64,000 nucleotides of DNA from Planctomycetota bacterium (GTDB lineage Bacteria; Planctomycetota; Planctomycetia; Pirellulales; UBA1268): contig JANNSZ010000007.1 of assembly GCA_031403195.1 (NCBI GenBank), forward strand, positions 108,238 through 172,237, read 5' to 3'. Position 1 is the first letter of the stretch, and every line of letters starts with the position of its first letter. The notes below the pieces were generated by a model, which saw only the letters and a program-made list of their open reading frames with translations, ran no database searches and had not been told where the DNA came from. The position numbers and the translations under genes were made by a program. Below, piece by piece: positions 31,112 through 42,114 of this stretch.

Positions 31112-31954
31112 TCAGCCGTCGTTGCCAATCCGCTCGGGATAGATCACGAGCTCGACGCGGCGGTTGCGGGCTCGCCCGGCAGCCGTGGCATTTGATACCA
31201 GCGGATGATTCGAGCCGTGGGCCACAAGGAAGAGCTGGCCCTCTCGCATCGGTGTGCGAGTCGTGAGGAAGTCGAATACTGCAGCAGCCCGCGCTGCGGT
31301 GAGCTGGTGCGGCGAAGCCCAGGTCACATTCTGGAGTGGCTCGTTGTCGAGGTGTCCCTCGATGCCGATGAAGTGGCCTGGATAAACCCTCTGCAGTTCG
31401 CCGGCGATCTGCGTCAGAACCGCCGTGCCGCCGGGGAGGAGATTGGCTGTGCTGCCATCGAAGAGTCGGTCGGCTGGGATGTCGATGCGAACGACAGCTC
31501 CGTCGAATCGCGGTTCGAGGTCAGGCAGCGCCAGCTCTGCGAGCGCCGACCGCATCGTCGTCGAGGGTGTCGAGGCGGCTGCGCCCGGCGCCCCACCGGC
31601 GGTCGGTGCTGTCAGAGGCATGCCGGCGGTCCGTGCCTGCGCGAGTTGTTGCGACGTGCTTGCGAGCTGATCACGGAGCGCCGCAATCTCGTCGTGCATG
31701 ACCTGCGACTCCGATTGCGAGCGGACCAGCGCAGCCTCGAGCTGGCGGCCGTCGACGTCTGCATAGGATGGAAGCAATGGCATCGCACTGGCCTGCGGCA
31801 TCGTATGCGCTGGTGCAGCCACGCCAGGCGGTGGGTCAAGCACCAATGGCCCGGCCGGCGGCGCAGTCTTGAATGGATTGTTCGAGCAGCCGGCCATGAG
31901 GAGCATGGCGGTAGCAACGGCCGAAACGATGTGGCGAGGGAGACGTGGGCGCAT
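31112..31954 (-). CDS. OmpA/MotB-domain lipoprotein
   Basis: MRPRLPRHIVSAVATAMLLMAGCS is a lipobox-like signal (ATG 31954). Followed by a coiled-coil segment and a C-terminal OmpA-like domain, GHFIGIEGHLDNEP...AARAAAVFDFL...GRARNRRVELVIYP. Confidence 0.8.
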   Translation of the reverse strand: MRPRLPRHIVSAVATAMLLMAGCSNNPFKTAPPAGPLVLDPPPGVAAPAHTMPQASAMPLLPSYADVDGRQLEAALVRSQSESQVMHDEIAALRDQLASTSQQLAQARTAGMPLTAPTAGGAPGAAASTPSTTMRSALAELALPDLEPRFDGAVVRIDIPADRLFDGSTANLLPGGTAVLTQIAGELQRVYPGHFIGIEGHLDNEPLQNVTWASPHQLTAARAAAVFDFLTTRTPMREGQLFLVAHGSNHPLVSNATAAGRARNRRVELVIYPERIGNDG

Positions 31955-32050
31955 GGCGCGATCCCGTGGGCAGGGGGGTGGGGATGGTAGGAGGCCTCGG
32001 AGGTCCGAGCAATGCCATGACATGGGGCGTTTGAGGCCCTCGAGCGTCAA

Positions 32051-33187
32051 TCAGGATGCCTCCGACGAACCTCCTCGAAGCCGTGCCCAGGCCCAGAGAG
32101 TGATGGCAGTCAACACGATAACGAGGCTCACCACGATGGCCATTTCGAGCGGCCGGTTCAACTGGGAGCCAGCCAGTTCCCACACGGGTCGCCACGCGAC
32201 GACCACAATGCCGAGGCCCATGCAGAGGCTTGGACCAAACGGAAGTTCCGTCTCGGATCGAACGACGAGTTGGGTGACGCCGTGAACAAGGCCGATGAAT
32301 ACCGCGATCACGCAGGCAAGAAGGCAGGCCTGCCAGCCGAGCCAGGCACCGGCCATCGCCATGAGCGTAACATCCCCAAACCCCATCGCCTCGCGACCGA
32401 GTGCCCATGAAGCGCCCGTTCGCGTGGCCCAGACAAGACCGCCCGCGACCGTGAGGCCGACGAGTGAGGCGATGAGCCCGGCCCAATGATCACCGCCGAC
32501 GATCCAACTCGTAATGAGGATGCCACCACCGATGAGGCCGGCAGCCAACGGACCGTCTAGCGTCCAGCAGGAGCGGTTCTTGGGCGTCGCGGATGGTGAT
32601 ACATCCTCGGGGGAGGTTCCAAACCACCACCACACGAAAAATAGCACCACGGCGACAGCGAGGCCCGTCGGACCGGAGAGCCAAGAGGGAAGCACGGTGC
32701 CTGCGATACCGCCGGCCATCCCGAGCGCATCGGCTTGTACCTCGGGCGTGGCGAAGGATCGCTCGATCAACGTTGCGATCGGCGGGAGCGTGAACGGAAA
32801 CAGAGCGTTCCATGCAAGGCCCGCCAGCGCGCCGGGAACCGTGATTGCGTCAGGGATGACCCGGTGCCGAAGGTCGACCCAGGCAGCAGCGGCCAAGAAG
32901 AAAAACAGGATCATGTGGCCGGCGTATCGCGGGGCGATGTCGCGTGCTGCCGCAGGGACGCCCGCCGGCAGCTGGCCCTGAGCAATCACCTCCCACCACC
33001 AGAGTGCCACGGCCGCGACCACGGTCAGGATCTCGACGGTTCGGCAGCGGCGGGCATCGCCGCGGCCCGGCTCGATGAGCCGCGACACACCCCATGTGAG
33101 GAGCCGACCAACAATCGCTGCTCCTGGCACGATGGCGATGATCATCACCGGAGAGGTGACCCATGCGTCGAGGAACTGATTACTCAT
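32051..33187 (-). CDS. A24-family prepilin peptidase-like membrane protease
   Basis: Polytopic membrane protein with HRVIPDAITVPG (first Asp) and GFGDVTLMAMAGAWLGW (second Asp motif). No N-terminal Cys-rich methyltransferase region. The ATG overlaps the aroK stop (ATGA). Confidence 0.85.
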   Translation of the reverse strand: MSNQFLDAWVTSPVMIIAIVPGAAIVGRLLTWGVSRLIEPGRGDARRCRTVEILTVVAAVALWWWEVIAQGQLPAGVPAAARDIAPRYAGHMILFFFLAAAAWVDLRHRVIPDAITVPGALAGLAWNALFPFTLPPIATLIERSFATPEVQADALGMAGGIAGTVLPSWLSGPTGLAVAVVLFFVWWWFGTSPEDVSPSATPKNRSCWTLDGPLAAGLIGGGILITSWIVGGDHWAGLIASLVGLTVAGGLVWATRTGASWALGREAMGFGDVTLMAMAGAWLGWQACLLACVIAVFIGLVHGVTQLVVRSETELPFGPSLCMGLGIVVVAWRPVWELAGSQLNRPLEMAIVVSLVIVLTAITLWAWARLRGGSSEAS

Positions 33188-33726
33188 GGAACGACCTCCG
33201 AGTGCGGCGCGGCAAGCCAGGCGATGATTCGATCGGCGAGCTTTCCTGGCGGATCGATGCCCGTGTCGATGACGCCGTCGGCCACCTGACGGTAGAGTGG
33301 CTCCCGCAATGAGACCGCCGCAGCGACTTCGTCCAAAACATCACCACCGGCGAGCGCAGGCCGACGGCTACGGGTGGTCGGATCGGCGGCCAAACGCGCG
33401 CGGAGCACGTCGACGGGTGCCGAGAGCCAGATCACGGGGCGTGCCCGGGCCCGCAAGAGCTCACGATTTGCGTCACGTACCACCACGCCGCCACCCGTCG
33501 CCAGCACACCCGACTCGCAATCTAGCAGTTGCTCGAGGAGCGTCGCTTCCACATCGCGAAATGCCTGCTCCCCGCGGCGGCCAACGAGGTCCGTGATCGT
33601 CATGCCCACCTCGCGTTCAAGCACCACGTCGGCATCACACCAGCCGCAGCCCAGCCGATCAGCGAGGGCGGCGGCGACCGCTGACTTGCCACTGCCACGA
33701 TATCCGACGAGCGTCACGCGTGGCAT
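33184..33726 (-). CDS. aroK: shikimate kinase
   Basis: VTLVGYRGSGKSAVAAALA (P-loop), DADVVLE and VLATGGGVV. ATG at 33726 is chosen; the track start at 33837 would overlap aroDE. Confidence 0.88.
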   Translation of the reverse strand: MPRVTLVGYRGSGKSAVAAALADRLGCGWCDADVVLEREVGMTITDLVGRRGEQAFRDVEATLLEQLLDCESGVLATGGGVVVRDANRELLRARARPVIWLSAPVDVLRARLAADPTTRSRRPALAGGDVLDEVAAAVSLREPLYRQVADGVIDTGIDPPGKLADRIIAWLAAPHSEVVP

Positions 33727-33763
33727 GAGTTTCTGGCTGGTAGGGTGCGTGGTGAATCGGGCG

Positions 33764-35263
33764 TCAGGCTGGCTGTTTGGCCGATGCCGTCGCACGCTTG
33801 AGCGCCTCGCGCATGACCGACGGTGGTGGCTCAACACCGTGCCAGGTGCGAAACTGAATGGCCGCCTGGCGCACGAACATTTCGACCCCTGTCACGATCC
33901 GACAGCCCGTGGCGCGAGCTTCCTTCACGAAGAGCGTGTTCTCGGGATTGTAGACCGTGTCGAATACCACCATGTAGGGACGCAGATGTTCCCGATCAAA
34001 CGGGGTGGCGTCCACGTCGGGGTGCATGCCGATTGGCGTTGCATTAATGACACAATCGTGAGGCATCCGGTGCCTGGTCGCCCAGTCAATCACCTTGCAG
34101 CCCACGTCCTCGGCCACCTGACGGCCGCGTTCGAGCGTTCGGGCCGCGATCGTGACTTCGACGCCCCGCTGCTTGAGTCCAAAGGCAATAGCCCGGGCAG
34201 CACCCCCCGCGCCCAGGACGATCGCGGTCTTCACGCCGAGGCCATCTTTTCCCGTCGCCTGTTCGCCATCCGTCAGGACGGCTTCAAGGCTCTCAACGGC
34301 TGCAATCGCGTCGGTATTGGCCGCTGCGATCCCGTCAGGTGTGAAGGTGAGCGTGTTGGCGGCGCCGATCGCCATGACGAGGTCATCCTTCTGATCACAC
34401 CGGGCGAGTACCGCTTCCTTGTGTGGGATCGTCACGCTGAGACCCGCAAGCGGCCAGCGGTTGGCCGAAGCGAGAAACTCGTCAAGCTGGTCGGCAGGAA
34501 CACGGAACGGCACGTAGACCGCGTCAATGCCGGCCGCCGCGCAGGCAGCATTGTGGACAACCGGGCTGAGGCTGTGTGCCACGGGGTCAGCCACCACACC
34601 GTACACCTTCGTCTGCGGGCCGAGACTGTCGTAGCGGTAGATATCCCGCATGGACTTCCAGCCGATCTGCCCAGGGGCCAACGCCCGTTCGTCGTTGAAG
34701 GTGGCGAAGATGAAGGGGGCACCGGCGCTGCCACAGAGAATCCGCGTCGGCACACCGAACTCGCCCATGCAGATGCCGACGGTAGGCACCTTCGACGCAC
34801 GAACCATGTCCAGCATCCGAAGGTTGTCACTAGGACGGTTGGCCATCGTGGCGATCTTCACCACGTCGGCATCGAGCGTCGTCATCCGGGCATGGATCTC
34901 GGCGAGGTTGAGGGGTGTCCGGAGCATGTCGTGGTGGCTCACGATTCGCTTGGTCTTTCCGTACCGAGGAACCGTTCCCGCGATGTCATCTTCGAGGTCC
35001 ACGAAGTCGGCGCCCTCGACGATCGCGAGTCGCAGAAGCTGCAGGCGAGCCTCCTCGGAATGTTCCCATAGGCCACCGTCACTCTTTCGGCGGCAGGTGA
35101 TGATGGCGGGGCAGGGGCGTTCCTTGAGCAGCCGCTTCATTTGGACTGCCCCCTGGATATAGTCCAGCCGCAATTCGACAAGCCTAACACCGTTCTCAGC
35201 GAGGTGATGGTGCTCCGCGATGACGTGCCGATGTCGGCCACGTCCGATGCTGACACAGATCAT
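33764..35263 (-). CDS. aroDE: bifunctional 3-dehydroquinate dehydratase (type I) / shikimate 5-dehydrogenase
   Basis: N-terminal half is VELRLDY...VKIATMANRPSDNLRML (type I DHQase). C-terminal half is YGVVADPVAHSLSPVVHNAA...LGAGGAARAIAFGL (AroE with NADP fold). Confidence 0.9.
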   Translation of the reverse strand: MICVSIGRGRHRHVIAEHHHLAENGVRLVELRLDYIQGAVQMKRLLKERPCPAIITCRRKSDGGLWEHSEEARLQLLRLAIVEGADFVDLEDDIAGTVPRYGKTKRIVSHHDMLRTPLNLAEIHARMTTLDADVVKIATMANRPSDNLRMLDMVRASKVPTVGICMGEFGVPTRILCGSAGAPFIFATFNDERALAPGQIGWKSMRDIYRYDSLGPQTKVYGVVADPVAHSLSPVVHNAACAAAGIDAVYVPFRVPADQLDEFLASANRWPLAGLSVTIPHKEAVLARCDQKDDLVMAIGAANTLTFTPDGIAAANTDAIAAVESLEAVLTDGEQATGKDGLGVKTAIVLGAGGAARAIAFGLKQRGVEVTIAARTLERGRQVAEDVGCKVIDWATRHRMPHDCVINATPIGMHPDVDATPFDREHLRPYMVVFDTVYNPENTLFVKEARATGCRIVTGVEMFVRQAAIQFRTWHGVEPPPSVMREALKRATASAKQPA

Positions 35264-35281
35264 CTTGGTTCCTTGTGAAAG

Positions 35282-37087
35282 TCACGTCCGGCGGAACTGG
35301 CGATCAAGATCGCGTCGCGACAGCGTCAGGGAAGTTGGCCGACCGTGGGGACAGTGGTGTGATTCTGCCACGTTTCGACGGTCACGAACGAGGGCTGCCA
35401 CCTCAGCTGGCGAGAGGGGGTCGCCGGCCTTGATTGCGGCCTTGCAGGCCATGCCGTGCAAAACCTCATCGACAAGTAGGGCAGAAGAGCCACCCGAGGA
35501 GGCCGCCGCCGCGAGGCGATCAAGCACTTCCCGCACGATCTGCGCGGCCGGCGTTTGGCCCGCGAGGACCGGCTTCGAGGTCACGATCACGGTCGAGCCA
35601 CCGAAGGACTCGACCCGCATGCCTGCCAGTTCAAGCGTCGCACGATGCTCGTTCACAAGCTCGATCTCGTTGGGTGCGAGATCGAGCTGTTCCGGGACAA
35701 GGAGTGGCTGGACTTCCAGACCTCCTGCTGCCACGGAAGCCTTGAGCCGCTCATACAGGAGCCGCTCGTGGAGGGCATGCTGGTCGATGACCTCGATGCC
35801 GTCAGCCGTCTCGACGACGATGTATCGGTCATGCATCTGCACGGCTAGGCCGTGGTCACGTGGAGCAATCGAGTCGATGCCGGAAGGGACCGGCGGAGCA
35901 TCAGGCGGAAGCGGCGAGGAGGCGAAGTCCGCCGGAATGTCGGGCAGATCGGCCGTGTTTCCCGTGGGCATCCAGAATGGAAGGGAGGCATTCGCCCGCG
36001 TGTGCGGGAAAGCCTCCGTCGGCTGATGAGACGGGGGCACCAGTCGCGTGCCAGTTCCGCCGGCAAGAAATCGGGTTCGCAGCGCCGAGAGCACCAGGCG
36101 GTAGAGGCGGGATGGCTCGCGGAACCGGACCTCCATCTTTGCCGGATGGACGTTCACATCAACGGCATCGGGTGGGAGATCAAATCGGAGGAACGCGATC
36201 GGCTGGCGACCCGACAGAAGAAGCCCTCGGTAGGCCTCCTGGATCGCATGGAGGATCGATCGATCACGGAAGGGACGGCCGGCCACAAAGAGGTGCTGGA
36301 GACGTTGGCTTGCCATGTCGTCCTCAGGCCGGCCCACGTATCCCGAGACCGCGATCTCGCCATCGTCGGCTTCGATCTCCAGGAGTCGATCGGCGAGTTC
36401 ATGGCCAAAGAGACCGGCAATCCGGTCCTGCCAGCGGGTGGCCGCAGCCAGGTCATGGACCCGCCGCGGCTTGGCCGTCGCCGAGGGCTGGTGCGCGAGT
36501 GTGAAAGCCACGCTCGGATGAGCCAGCGCCGTTCGCACAAACGCGTCGGCAGCATGGGACCATTCAGTTTGCCCCGCCCGCAGGAACGCCCGTCGCGCGG
36601 GGATGTTGCCGAAGAGCTGCCGCACCTCGACCACCGTACCCGCCGCGCAGCCATCTGGCATAACCTCGCCGATGCGGCCACCATCCACGGTAATGGCCGC
36701 CCCTGCGTGGCCCTCGGGTCTGGAGCGGATCGTCAGCCTGGCGACTTCACCGATACTCGCCAGGGCTTCGCCACGAAATCCGAGCGTGCCGATCCGGTCC
36801 AGGTCTTCCGCAGTCCGAAGCTTGCTTGTGGCATGAGGGGCAATGGCCAGTGGGAGCTCGTCGGCTGGGATGCCGCAGCCGTCATCGACGACCCGCACGA
36901 GCGCGACGCCACCCTGCTCAAGCTCGACGTCAATCCGAGATGGCCCGGCATCGAGCGCGTTCTCGATCAGCTCTTTGACGAGGCTGGCAGGCCGCTCCAC
37001 CACCTCGCCGGCGGCGATGCGGTTGACCACCGCTGGCGAGAGTTTTGCAATCCGCGGCCTCGCTGCGGCAGCCTCCGCGGTGCTCAT
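35282..37087 (-). CDS. mutL: DNA mismatch repair protein MutL
   Basis: [28 protein letters not shown] and [11 protein letters not shown], with a C-terminal dimerisation domain. The ATG overlaps the stop of the upstream response regulator (ATGA). Confidence 0.95.
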   Translation of the reverse strand: MSTAEAAAARPRIAKLSPAVVNRIAAGEVVERPASLVKELIENALDAGPSRIDVELEQGGVALVRVVDDGCGIPADELPLAIAPHATSKLRTAEDLDRIGTLGFRGEALASIGEVARLTIRSRPEGHAGAAITVDGGRIGEVMPDGCAAGTVVEVRQLFGNIPARRAFLRAGQTEWSHAADAFVRTALAHPSVAFTLAHQPSATAKPRRVHDLAAATRWQDRIAGLFGHELADRLLEIEADDGEIAVSGYVGRPEDDMASQRLQHLFVAGRPFRDRSILHAIQEAYRGLLLSGRQPIAFLRFDLPPDAVDVNVHPAKMEVRFREPSRLYRLVLSALRTRFLAGGTGTRLVPPSHQPTEAFPHTRANASLPFWMPTGNTADLPDIPADFASSPLPPDAPPVPSGIDSIAPRDHGLAVQMHDRYIVVETADGIEVIDQHALHERLLYERLKASVAAGGLEVQPLLVPEQLDLAPNEIELVNEHRATLELAGMRVESFGGSTVIVTSKPVLAGQTPAAQIVREVLDRLAAAASSGGSSALLVDEVLHGMACKAAIKAGDPLSPAEVAALVRDRRNVAESHHCPHGRPTSLTLSRRDLDRQFRRT

Positions 37088-38523
37088 GGCAGCTTCAAGT
37101 CCTGGATCTTCCGATAGAGCGTGCGAGCTCCAATCCCGAGCAGCGCCGCTGCCTGCTCACGATTTCCACCCGTGAGCCTCAATGTCTCCGTGATGAAGAG
37201 TTTTTCGATCTCTTCGAGCGGTTTGCCCACCAGCGTGGCGATGACTGCATCCGGTCGCAGTGGCGTCTCGGCGGGAGGCACGTCGGGCTCGAGCTCGAGG
37301 GGCAGGTCATCAAGATCGAGCGTTTCGTCGCAGTCCACGACGACCATGCTCTCGACCACGTTCCGTAGTTGGCGGACGTTCCCCGGCCACGGGTAGCCCC
37401 CCAGCTTCATTCGAACCTGGAGCGACACACCCTTGATTGTCTTGTCATGACGCTTGGCAAACTGCTTGACGAAGTATTCGATGAGGAGCGGGATATCCCC
37501 GGCGCGGGCACGGAGGGGCGGGATGCCAACCGTGACAACCTTCAGCCGGTGATAGAGGTCACTCCGGAAGCTCCCTGAAGCAATACCGTCTTCGAGGTTG
37601 CGGTTCGTTGCGGAAAGAATGCGGACATTCACCTTCACGGGCGCATTCGATCCCACTCGCGTGATCTCGGCCGAGTCGAGCACCCGCAGGAGCTTGATCT
37701 GCGTGGCAATCGGCATGTCGCCCACTTCGTCGAGGAAGAGCGTGCCGCCATTGGCGTATTCAAACTTGCCCACGCGGTCACTCGAGGCGTCGGTAAAGGC
37801 ACCTCTGACATGGCCGAAGAGTTCGCTTTCGAGGATGTTTTCGCTCAGGGCAGCGCAATTGAGCGCCACGAACGGCTTTGTTTTTCGCGGGCTGTTCTGA
37901 TGGATGGCCTGGGCGACGAGCTCCTTGCCCGTGCCCGTCTCGCCCAGGATGAGCACCGTAGAGGACGTCGGAGCGATGCGCTTCATTCGTTCGACGAGCG
38001 CGAGCATCGGAGTACTCGAACCGATAACCCCCTCGAATCCGAATTTCTCGTCAAGGCGACGGTTGAGTTCGAGGTTTTGCCGCTTGAGGCGAACCCCCTC
38101 AGAAGCCTTTTCTACGGCGGCCCGCAGGTGGCCCAGATCGAGCGGCTTCTGGAGGTAGGTGAAGGCTCCCTGCTGCATGGCTTGGACAGCCGAGGGGATT
38201 GTGCCGTGGCCGGTGACCACGATCACCTCAGTGTCGGGAGAGGCCTGCTTGGCGCGGGCCAGGATCTCAAGGCCGCCGATGTCATTCATCATCAGATCGG
38301 TTACGACGACGTCGAACGAATCCTGTCCGATCCGCTGGGCGCCCTCGCCACCGCTGCCCACGACGGTCACATCGAGTCCGAGGCGGCCGAGTGCTTCTCC
38401 CATCGTGCGGGCGTGGACAATGTCATTGTCGACGACAAGGAGACGGACAGCAGAAGGCCCGACTGAGGCTGGGCCCGCGGGCTGAGAAGTGGCAGGCGTG
38501 GAATGCGGAGGAGACGATGGCAT
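37084..38523 (-). CDS. sigma54-dependent response regulator (REC - AAA+ - Fis-type HTH), NtrC family
   Basis: [14 protein letters not shown]...[12 protein letters not shown] (REC). [17 protein letters not shown] (Walker A). [15 protein letters not shown] (a GAFTGA-loop variant). C-terminal [18 protein letters not shown] (HTH). Confidence 0.93.
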   Translation of the reverse strand: MPSSPPHSTPATSQPAGPASVGPSAVRLLVVDNDIVHARTMGEALGRLGLDVTVVGSGGEGAQRIGQDSFDVVVTDLMMNDIGGLEILARAKQASPDTEVIVVTGHGTIPSAVQAMQQGAFTYLQKPLDLGHLRAAVEKASEGVRLKRQNLELNRRLDEKFGFEGVIGSSTPMLALVERMKRIAPTSSTVLILGETGTGKELVAQAIHQNSPRKTKPFVALNCAALSENILESELFGHVRGAFTDASSDRVGKFEYANGGTLFLDEVGDMPIATQIKLLRVLDSAEITRVGSNAPVKVNVRILSATNRNLEDGIASGSFRSDLYHRLKVVTVGIPPLRARAGDIPLLIEYFVKQFAKRHDKTIKGVSLQVRMKLGGYPWPGNVRQLRNVVESMVVVDCDETLDLDDLPLELEPDVPPAETPLRPDAVIATLVGKPLEEIEKLFITETLRLTGGNREQAAALLGIGARTLYRKIQDLKLP

Positions 38524-38584
38524 GAGTCGGATGGTATGGCCGGGCGAGTCGGTCAGTCCAGCGGTAGGGCGTTGCCGCCGGGGG

Positions 38585-39370
38585 TCATTCGTGATCCCGG
38601 ACGGACGGGGGCAGCCGCGGGGGTGCCGGCAGCCAGATTGTCACTTTCGTTCCGCGGCCAGGCGCGCTTTCGACATCGATTGTTCCAGCGTGGGCCTCGA
38701 TGATTTTGCGGGCAGTTGGGAGGCCGAGCCCTGAGCCACCTTGCTTCGTTGTGTAGAAGGCGCGAAACACTTTTCCCAGCGTCTCGGTATCCATGCCTGG
38801 GCCAGTATCGATCAATTCGACGAGCACACCCAGGCCAGCGGCACGGGTGCGGACCACGAGTTGCCCTCCGGCCTCCATGGCTTGGACGGCATTCAGCAGA
38901 AGGTTCAGGATCGCCGAGCGGAAGGTCTCTCGGTCGAGCCGTACGCTCGCCAACTCCGGGTCAAGGTAGCGGACAATATCGACGCCCGCCTCGTCGGCGC
39001 GGATGGCGAAAAAGTCGAGGAGTTGATCCAATTCTGTGTTGAGGTTCCCAGGCTCAGGGGAGAGAGATTCCTGGCGCGCGAAATCGAGAAAGTCTCCCAG
39101 CAGCTTCTGAAGCCGATCGCATTCCTGACGGACGAGATCGATCTTGGCTTTCGCCCGGCGGTCCCGCTGTTTCGTCGGGGACTCAGGATCTGTCTCCTCG
39201 AAATCCTCGGCGAGCAGCTCCATGGTGAGCCGGATCGTCGACAAAGGGTTGCGGATCTCGTGGGCGAGTCCGCCCACGAGCGCCGCAAACTCCGTATACG
39301 TCTCCGCGCGGGATGCCTCCCGATCGTCGTCAGCTGGCACGTGTCTGCTCCGCGCTGCTACGCGGGCCAC
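38585..39370 (-). CDS. sensor-less soluble histidine kinase (DHp + catalytic domain only)
   Basis: 261 aa. H-box [12 protein letters not shown] begins about 30 aa from the N-terminus. N-box [10 protein letters not shown]1 DTGPGMD, G2 GGSGLGL. No TM, PAS or GAF domain. Confidence 0.85.
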   Translation of the reverse strand: MARVAARSRHVPADDDREASRAETYTEFAALVGGLAHEIRNPLSTIRLTMELLAEDFEETDPESPTKQRDRRAKAKIDLVRQECDRLQKLLGDFLDFARQESLSPEPGNLNTELDQLLDFFAIRADEAGVDIVRYLDPELASVRLDRETFRSAILNLLLNAVQAMEAGGQLVVRTRAAGLGVLVELIDTGPGMDTETLGKVFRAFYTTKQGGSGLGLPTARKIIEAHAGTIDVESAPGRGTKVTIWLPAPPRLPPSVRDHE

Positions 39371-39379
39371 CGAGTCGGA

Positions 39380-41521
39380 TCACTCCGCCGGGGTTCCGCC
39401 TCCTGTTGACTCGGCAAGCTCTCGCATCGCAGCCTTGCGGCTGAGCTTGACACGGTCTTGGTCGTCGACAGCGATGACCTTGACCCGCAAGATGTCGCCT
39501 ACGCGGCAGATGTCACCCACGTTGGCAACGTACTCGTCCGAGAGCTCGCTGATGTGGCACAGGCCATCCTTGCCTGGCACGAGCTCGACGAACGCGCCGA
39601 ACTCTTTGACGCTCGTTACCCGGCCCTCGTAGACCCGGCCAACCTGAATCGAGGCGGTGAGGCCCTCGATCTGCGCCATGGCTGCCATCGCCCCTTCGGC
39701 ATCGTGGCTGGCGACCGTGACAGTGCCGTCGTCCTCCACGTCGATGCTTGCCCCCGTGGCTTCTTGGATGGCACGGATTGTTTTGCCACCCGGGCCGATC
39801 AAGAGTCCGATCTTCTCGGGATTGATCCGCGTCCGCAACAGCCGCGGCGCCCAGATCGAGATTTCCGGCCGCGGTCGGCGAATCGCTGAGAGCATCGCCC
39901 GGAGGATCTCCAGACGGGCTTCGCGGGACTGCGTGAGGGTCGCCGCAATAATCTCTCGGGAGATGCCATTGATCTTGAGGTCGAGTTGGATGCCAGTGAT
40001 GCCGTTTTGTGACCCGGCGATCTTGAAGTCCATGTCGCCGTGGTGGTCCTCGTCACCGATAATGTCGGTGAGGAGCACCCAGCGGTCCTCGCTCTCCTTG
40101 ACAAGGCCCACGGAAATACCTGCCACCGGGTGACTGATCGGCACGCCGGCGGCCATGAGGCCAAGGGTGGCGCCGCAGACACTCGCCATCGAGCTCGAGC
40201 CGTTCGACTCGAGGATGTCGGAGATGACACGGATCGTGTAGGGGAACACATCCGGATCGGGAAGTACCGGCTTCACGCTTCGCTCGGCGAGCGCACCGTG
40301 GCCCATCTCACGGCGGCCAGGCCCGCGGATCGGCCGCACTTCACCCACTGAGTACGATGGGAAATAGTAGTCAAGCATGAACTTCTTCGAATACTCTTCG
40401 ATAAGCCCGTCAACCCGCTGCTCGTCCCTGCCGGTGCCCAGCGTGATGGTGACAAGGGCCTGGGTCTCTCCCCGTTGAAAGAGGGCCGAGCCGTGTACCC
40501 GCGGCAGCAGGTCGACTTCGCAGTGGATTGCCCGCAGTGCCGAGTGGCCGCGACCGTCGGGTCGTGTGCCCGCAACGATCAACTCACGGATGGCCTTCTC
40601 CTGAAGGTCATGCCAGACATGGTTGAAGTCGGCCTCAGAAACCCCGCCAGCCGCTCCGGGCTTGAACTCAAACGAAGGCTCGGACGGTGCCACGGCGGCC
40701 TTCGCCCGGTCCTTGAGCGACTTCACGGCCGTGTTGCGGTCATGCTTACCCACGATGGCGCAGGCTGCCTTGAGATCGGCGTAGTGCTCGCGGGTGATCC
40801 GTTCGGTGAGGGCGGAGTAGTCCGCCAAGACATAGTCCTTCTTCGGCTTGCCGGCCTTCGCAACCAGCTCATCCTGCATCTCACAGAGAATCCGGATGAT
40901 CCGGTGGCACTCGTCGAGGGCCTCAAGCATCCTGGCCTCGGGCATCTCGCGGGCAAATCCCTCGATCATGAGGACCGCAGTTTTGCTTCCCGAGACGATG
41001 AGATCGAGGTCACTTTCCTCGAGCTGGTCTACCGTTGGGAAAGGGATGAACTGGCCATTGACCTGCGCCAGCCGCACACTCCCGAGTGGGCCTTGAAAGG
41101 GCATGGACGAGATCGAAAGGGCTGCCGAGGCACCGTTCATTGCCAAAACGTCGCCGTCGTTTTGCCGGTCGCTGGCCAGGACGTTCGCCTGGATCTGCAC
41201 CTCGTCGAAAAAGCCCGCTGGAAACAGTGGACGAATCGGCCGGTCCATGAGGCGGCTGGTGAGCGTCTCTTTGAGCGTCGGACGTCCTTCCCGCTTGAGG
41301 AATCCGCCGGGAAACTTTCCAGCTGCCGCAACCCGTTCACGGTAGTCGCAGGTGAGGGGAAAGAAGTCGATCCCGGCGCGGGGCGCGCCAGTCGCGCAGG
41401 CCACGAGCACCACTGTCTCGCCATAGGTGACGAGCACACTGCCCGCCGCCTGCTTGGCCAGAAATCCTGTTTCAATGGCAAGGACCTGTTCGCCAATATG
41501 TCGTTCCACGCGCTGTTTCAA
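39380..41521 (-). CDS. pnp: polynucleotide phosphorylase
   Basis: Two RNase PH domains, KH (IGPGGKTIRAIQEATG) and S1 (GRVYEGRVTSVKEFGAFVEL). Homology starts near (M)KQRVERHIGEQVLAIETG. A TTG at 41521 has AGGAAGGAAG 9 nt upstream. In-frame alternatives are the ATG at 41593 and the track start at 41698. Confidence 0.9.
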   Translation of the reverse strand: MKQRVERHIGEQVLAIETGFLAKQAAGSVLVTYGETVVLVACATGAPRAGIDFFPLTCDYRERVAAAGKFPGGFLKREGRPTLKETLTSRLMDRPIRPLFPAGFFDEVQIQANVLASDRQNDGDVLAMNGASAALSISSMPFQGPLGSVRLAQVNGQFIPFPTVDQLEESDLDLIVSGSKTAVLMIEGFAREMPEARMLEALDECHRIIRILCEMQDELVAKAGKPKKDYVLADYSALTERITREHYADLKAACAIVGKHDRNTAVKSLKDRAKAAVAPSEPSFEFKPGAAGGVSEADFNHVWHDLQEKAIRELIVAGTRPDGRGHSALRAIHCEVDLLPRVHGSALFQRGETQALVTITLGTGRDEQRVDGLIEEYSKKFMLDYYFPSYSVGEVRPIRGPGRREMGHGALAERSVKPVLPDPDVFPYTIRVISDILESNGSSSMASVCGATLGLMAAGVPISHPVAGISVGLVKESEDRWVLLTDIIGDEDHHGDMDFKIAGSQNGITGIQLDLKINGISREIIAATLTQSREARLEILRAMLSAIRRPRPEISIWAPRLLRTRINPEKIGLLIGPGGKTIRAIQEATGASIDVEDDGTVTVASHDAEGAMAAMAQIEGLTASIQVGRVYEGRVTSVKEFGAFVELVPGKDGLCHISELSDEYVANVGDICRVGDILRVKVIAVDDQDRVKLSRKAAMRELAESTGGGTPAE

Positions 41522-41710
41522 GGTTCGTCTCTTCCTTCCTTCGGCCCGACGCTCGGCAGCCAAGTCTGTTTGGCGGCCCCAGAGCGCGGGCATGTGTGCT
41601 TCATCTCTGCAGTCGGAGCAACGATGCGCCGACTGACCTTGCCCAAGACCGCTCGCCGCGAGACCGCCGGAACTCCGGCACGCGGGAGAGTCGTCCAATC
41701 AACGCCATCC

Positions 41711-41726
41711 GCCGCCAGGGGGCGGC
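41711..41726 (-). terminator. rpsO-proximal GC hairpin (possible attenuator in the rpsO-pnp spacer)
   Basis: GCCGCC-AGGG-GGCGGC, 12 nt downstream of the rpsO stop. A second 7-bp hairpin CAGTCGG..CCGACTG lies further into the pnp leader. This is analogous to the structured rpsO-pnp spacer known in E. coli. Confidence 0.4.
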
Positions 41727-41737
41727 CGGCATCACCG

Positions 41738-42007
41738 CTACTTGCGGATGCCGAGCTTCTGGATGATGTCGAGGTAACGTTGCGGGGCAACCCGCTTGAG
41801 ATAATCAAGAAGCCGTCGTCGACGACTCACCATCGCCAGGAGGCCTCGCCTGCTGGCGAAGTCTTTGGAATGCTTCTTGAAATGGTCGGTGAGGTGCGTG
41901 ATCCGCCCAGTGAGAAGGGCGATCTGGATCTCCGCAGACCCGGTGTCGGCAGTTCCGCGCCGATGGGCACCGATCAACTCGCTCTTACGTTCTTTTGTCA
42001 GCGACAT
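41738..42007 (-). CDS. rpsO: 30S ribosomal protein S15
   Basis: [71 protein letters not shown]. 89 aa, ATG at 42007. Confidence 0.93.
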   Translation of the reverse strand: MSLTKERKSELIGAHRRGTADTGSAEIQIALLTGRITHLTDHFKKHSKDFASRRGLLAMVSRRRRLLDYLKRVAPQRYLDIIQKLGIRK

Positions 42008-42114
42008 CAGCCGTTGTCTCCACCCACAACGGGTGGCATTGATTGTTGGATCGAAGGATGGCGGGAGTGTACTGGCGTCCCCAAAATTTGCAACTGGTTG
42101 CCCTGTGGGGGCCA

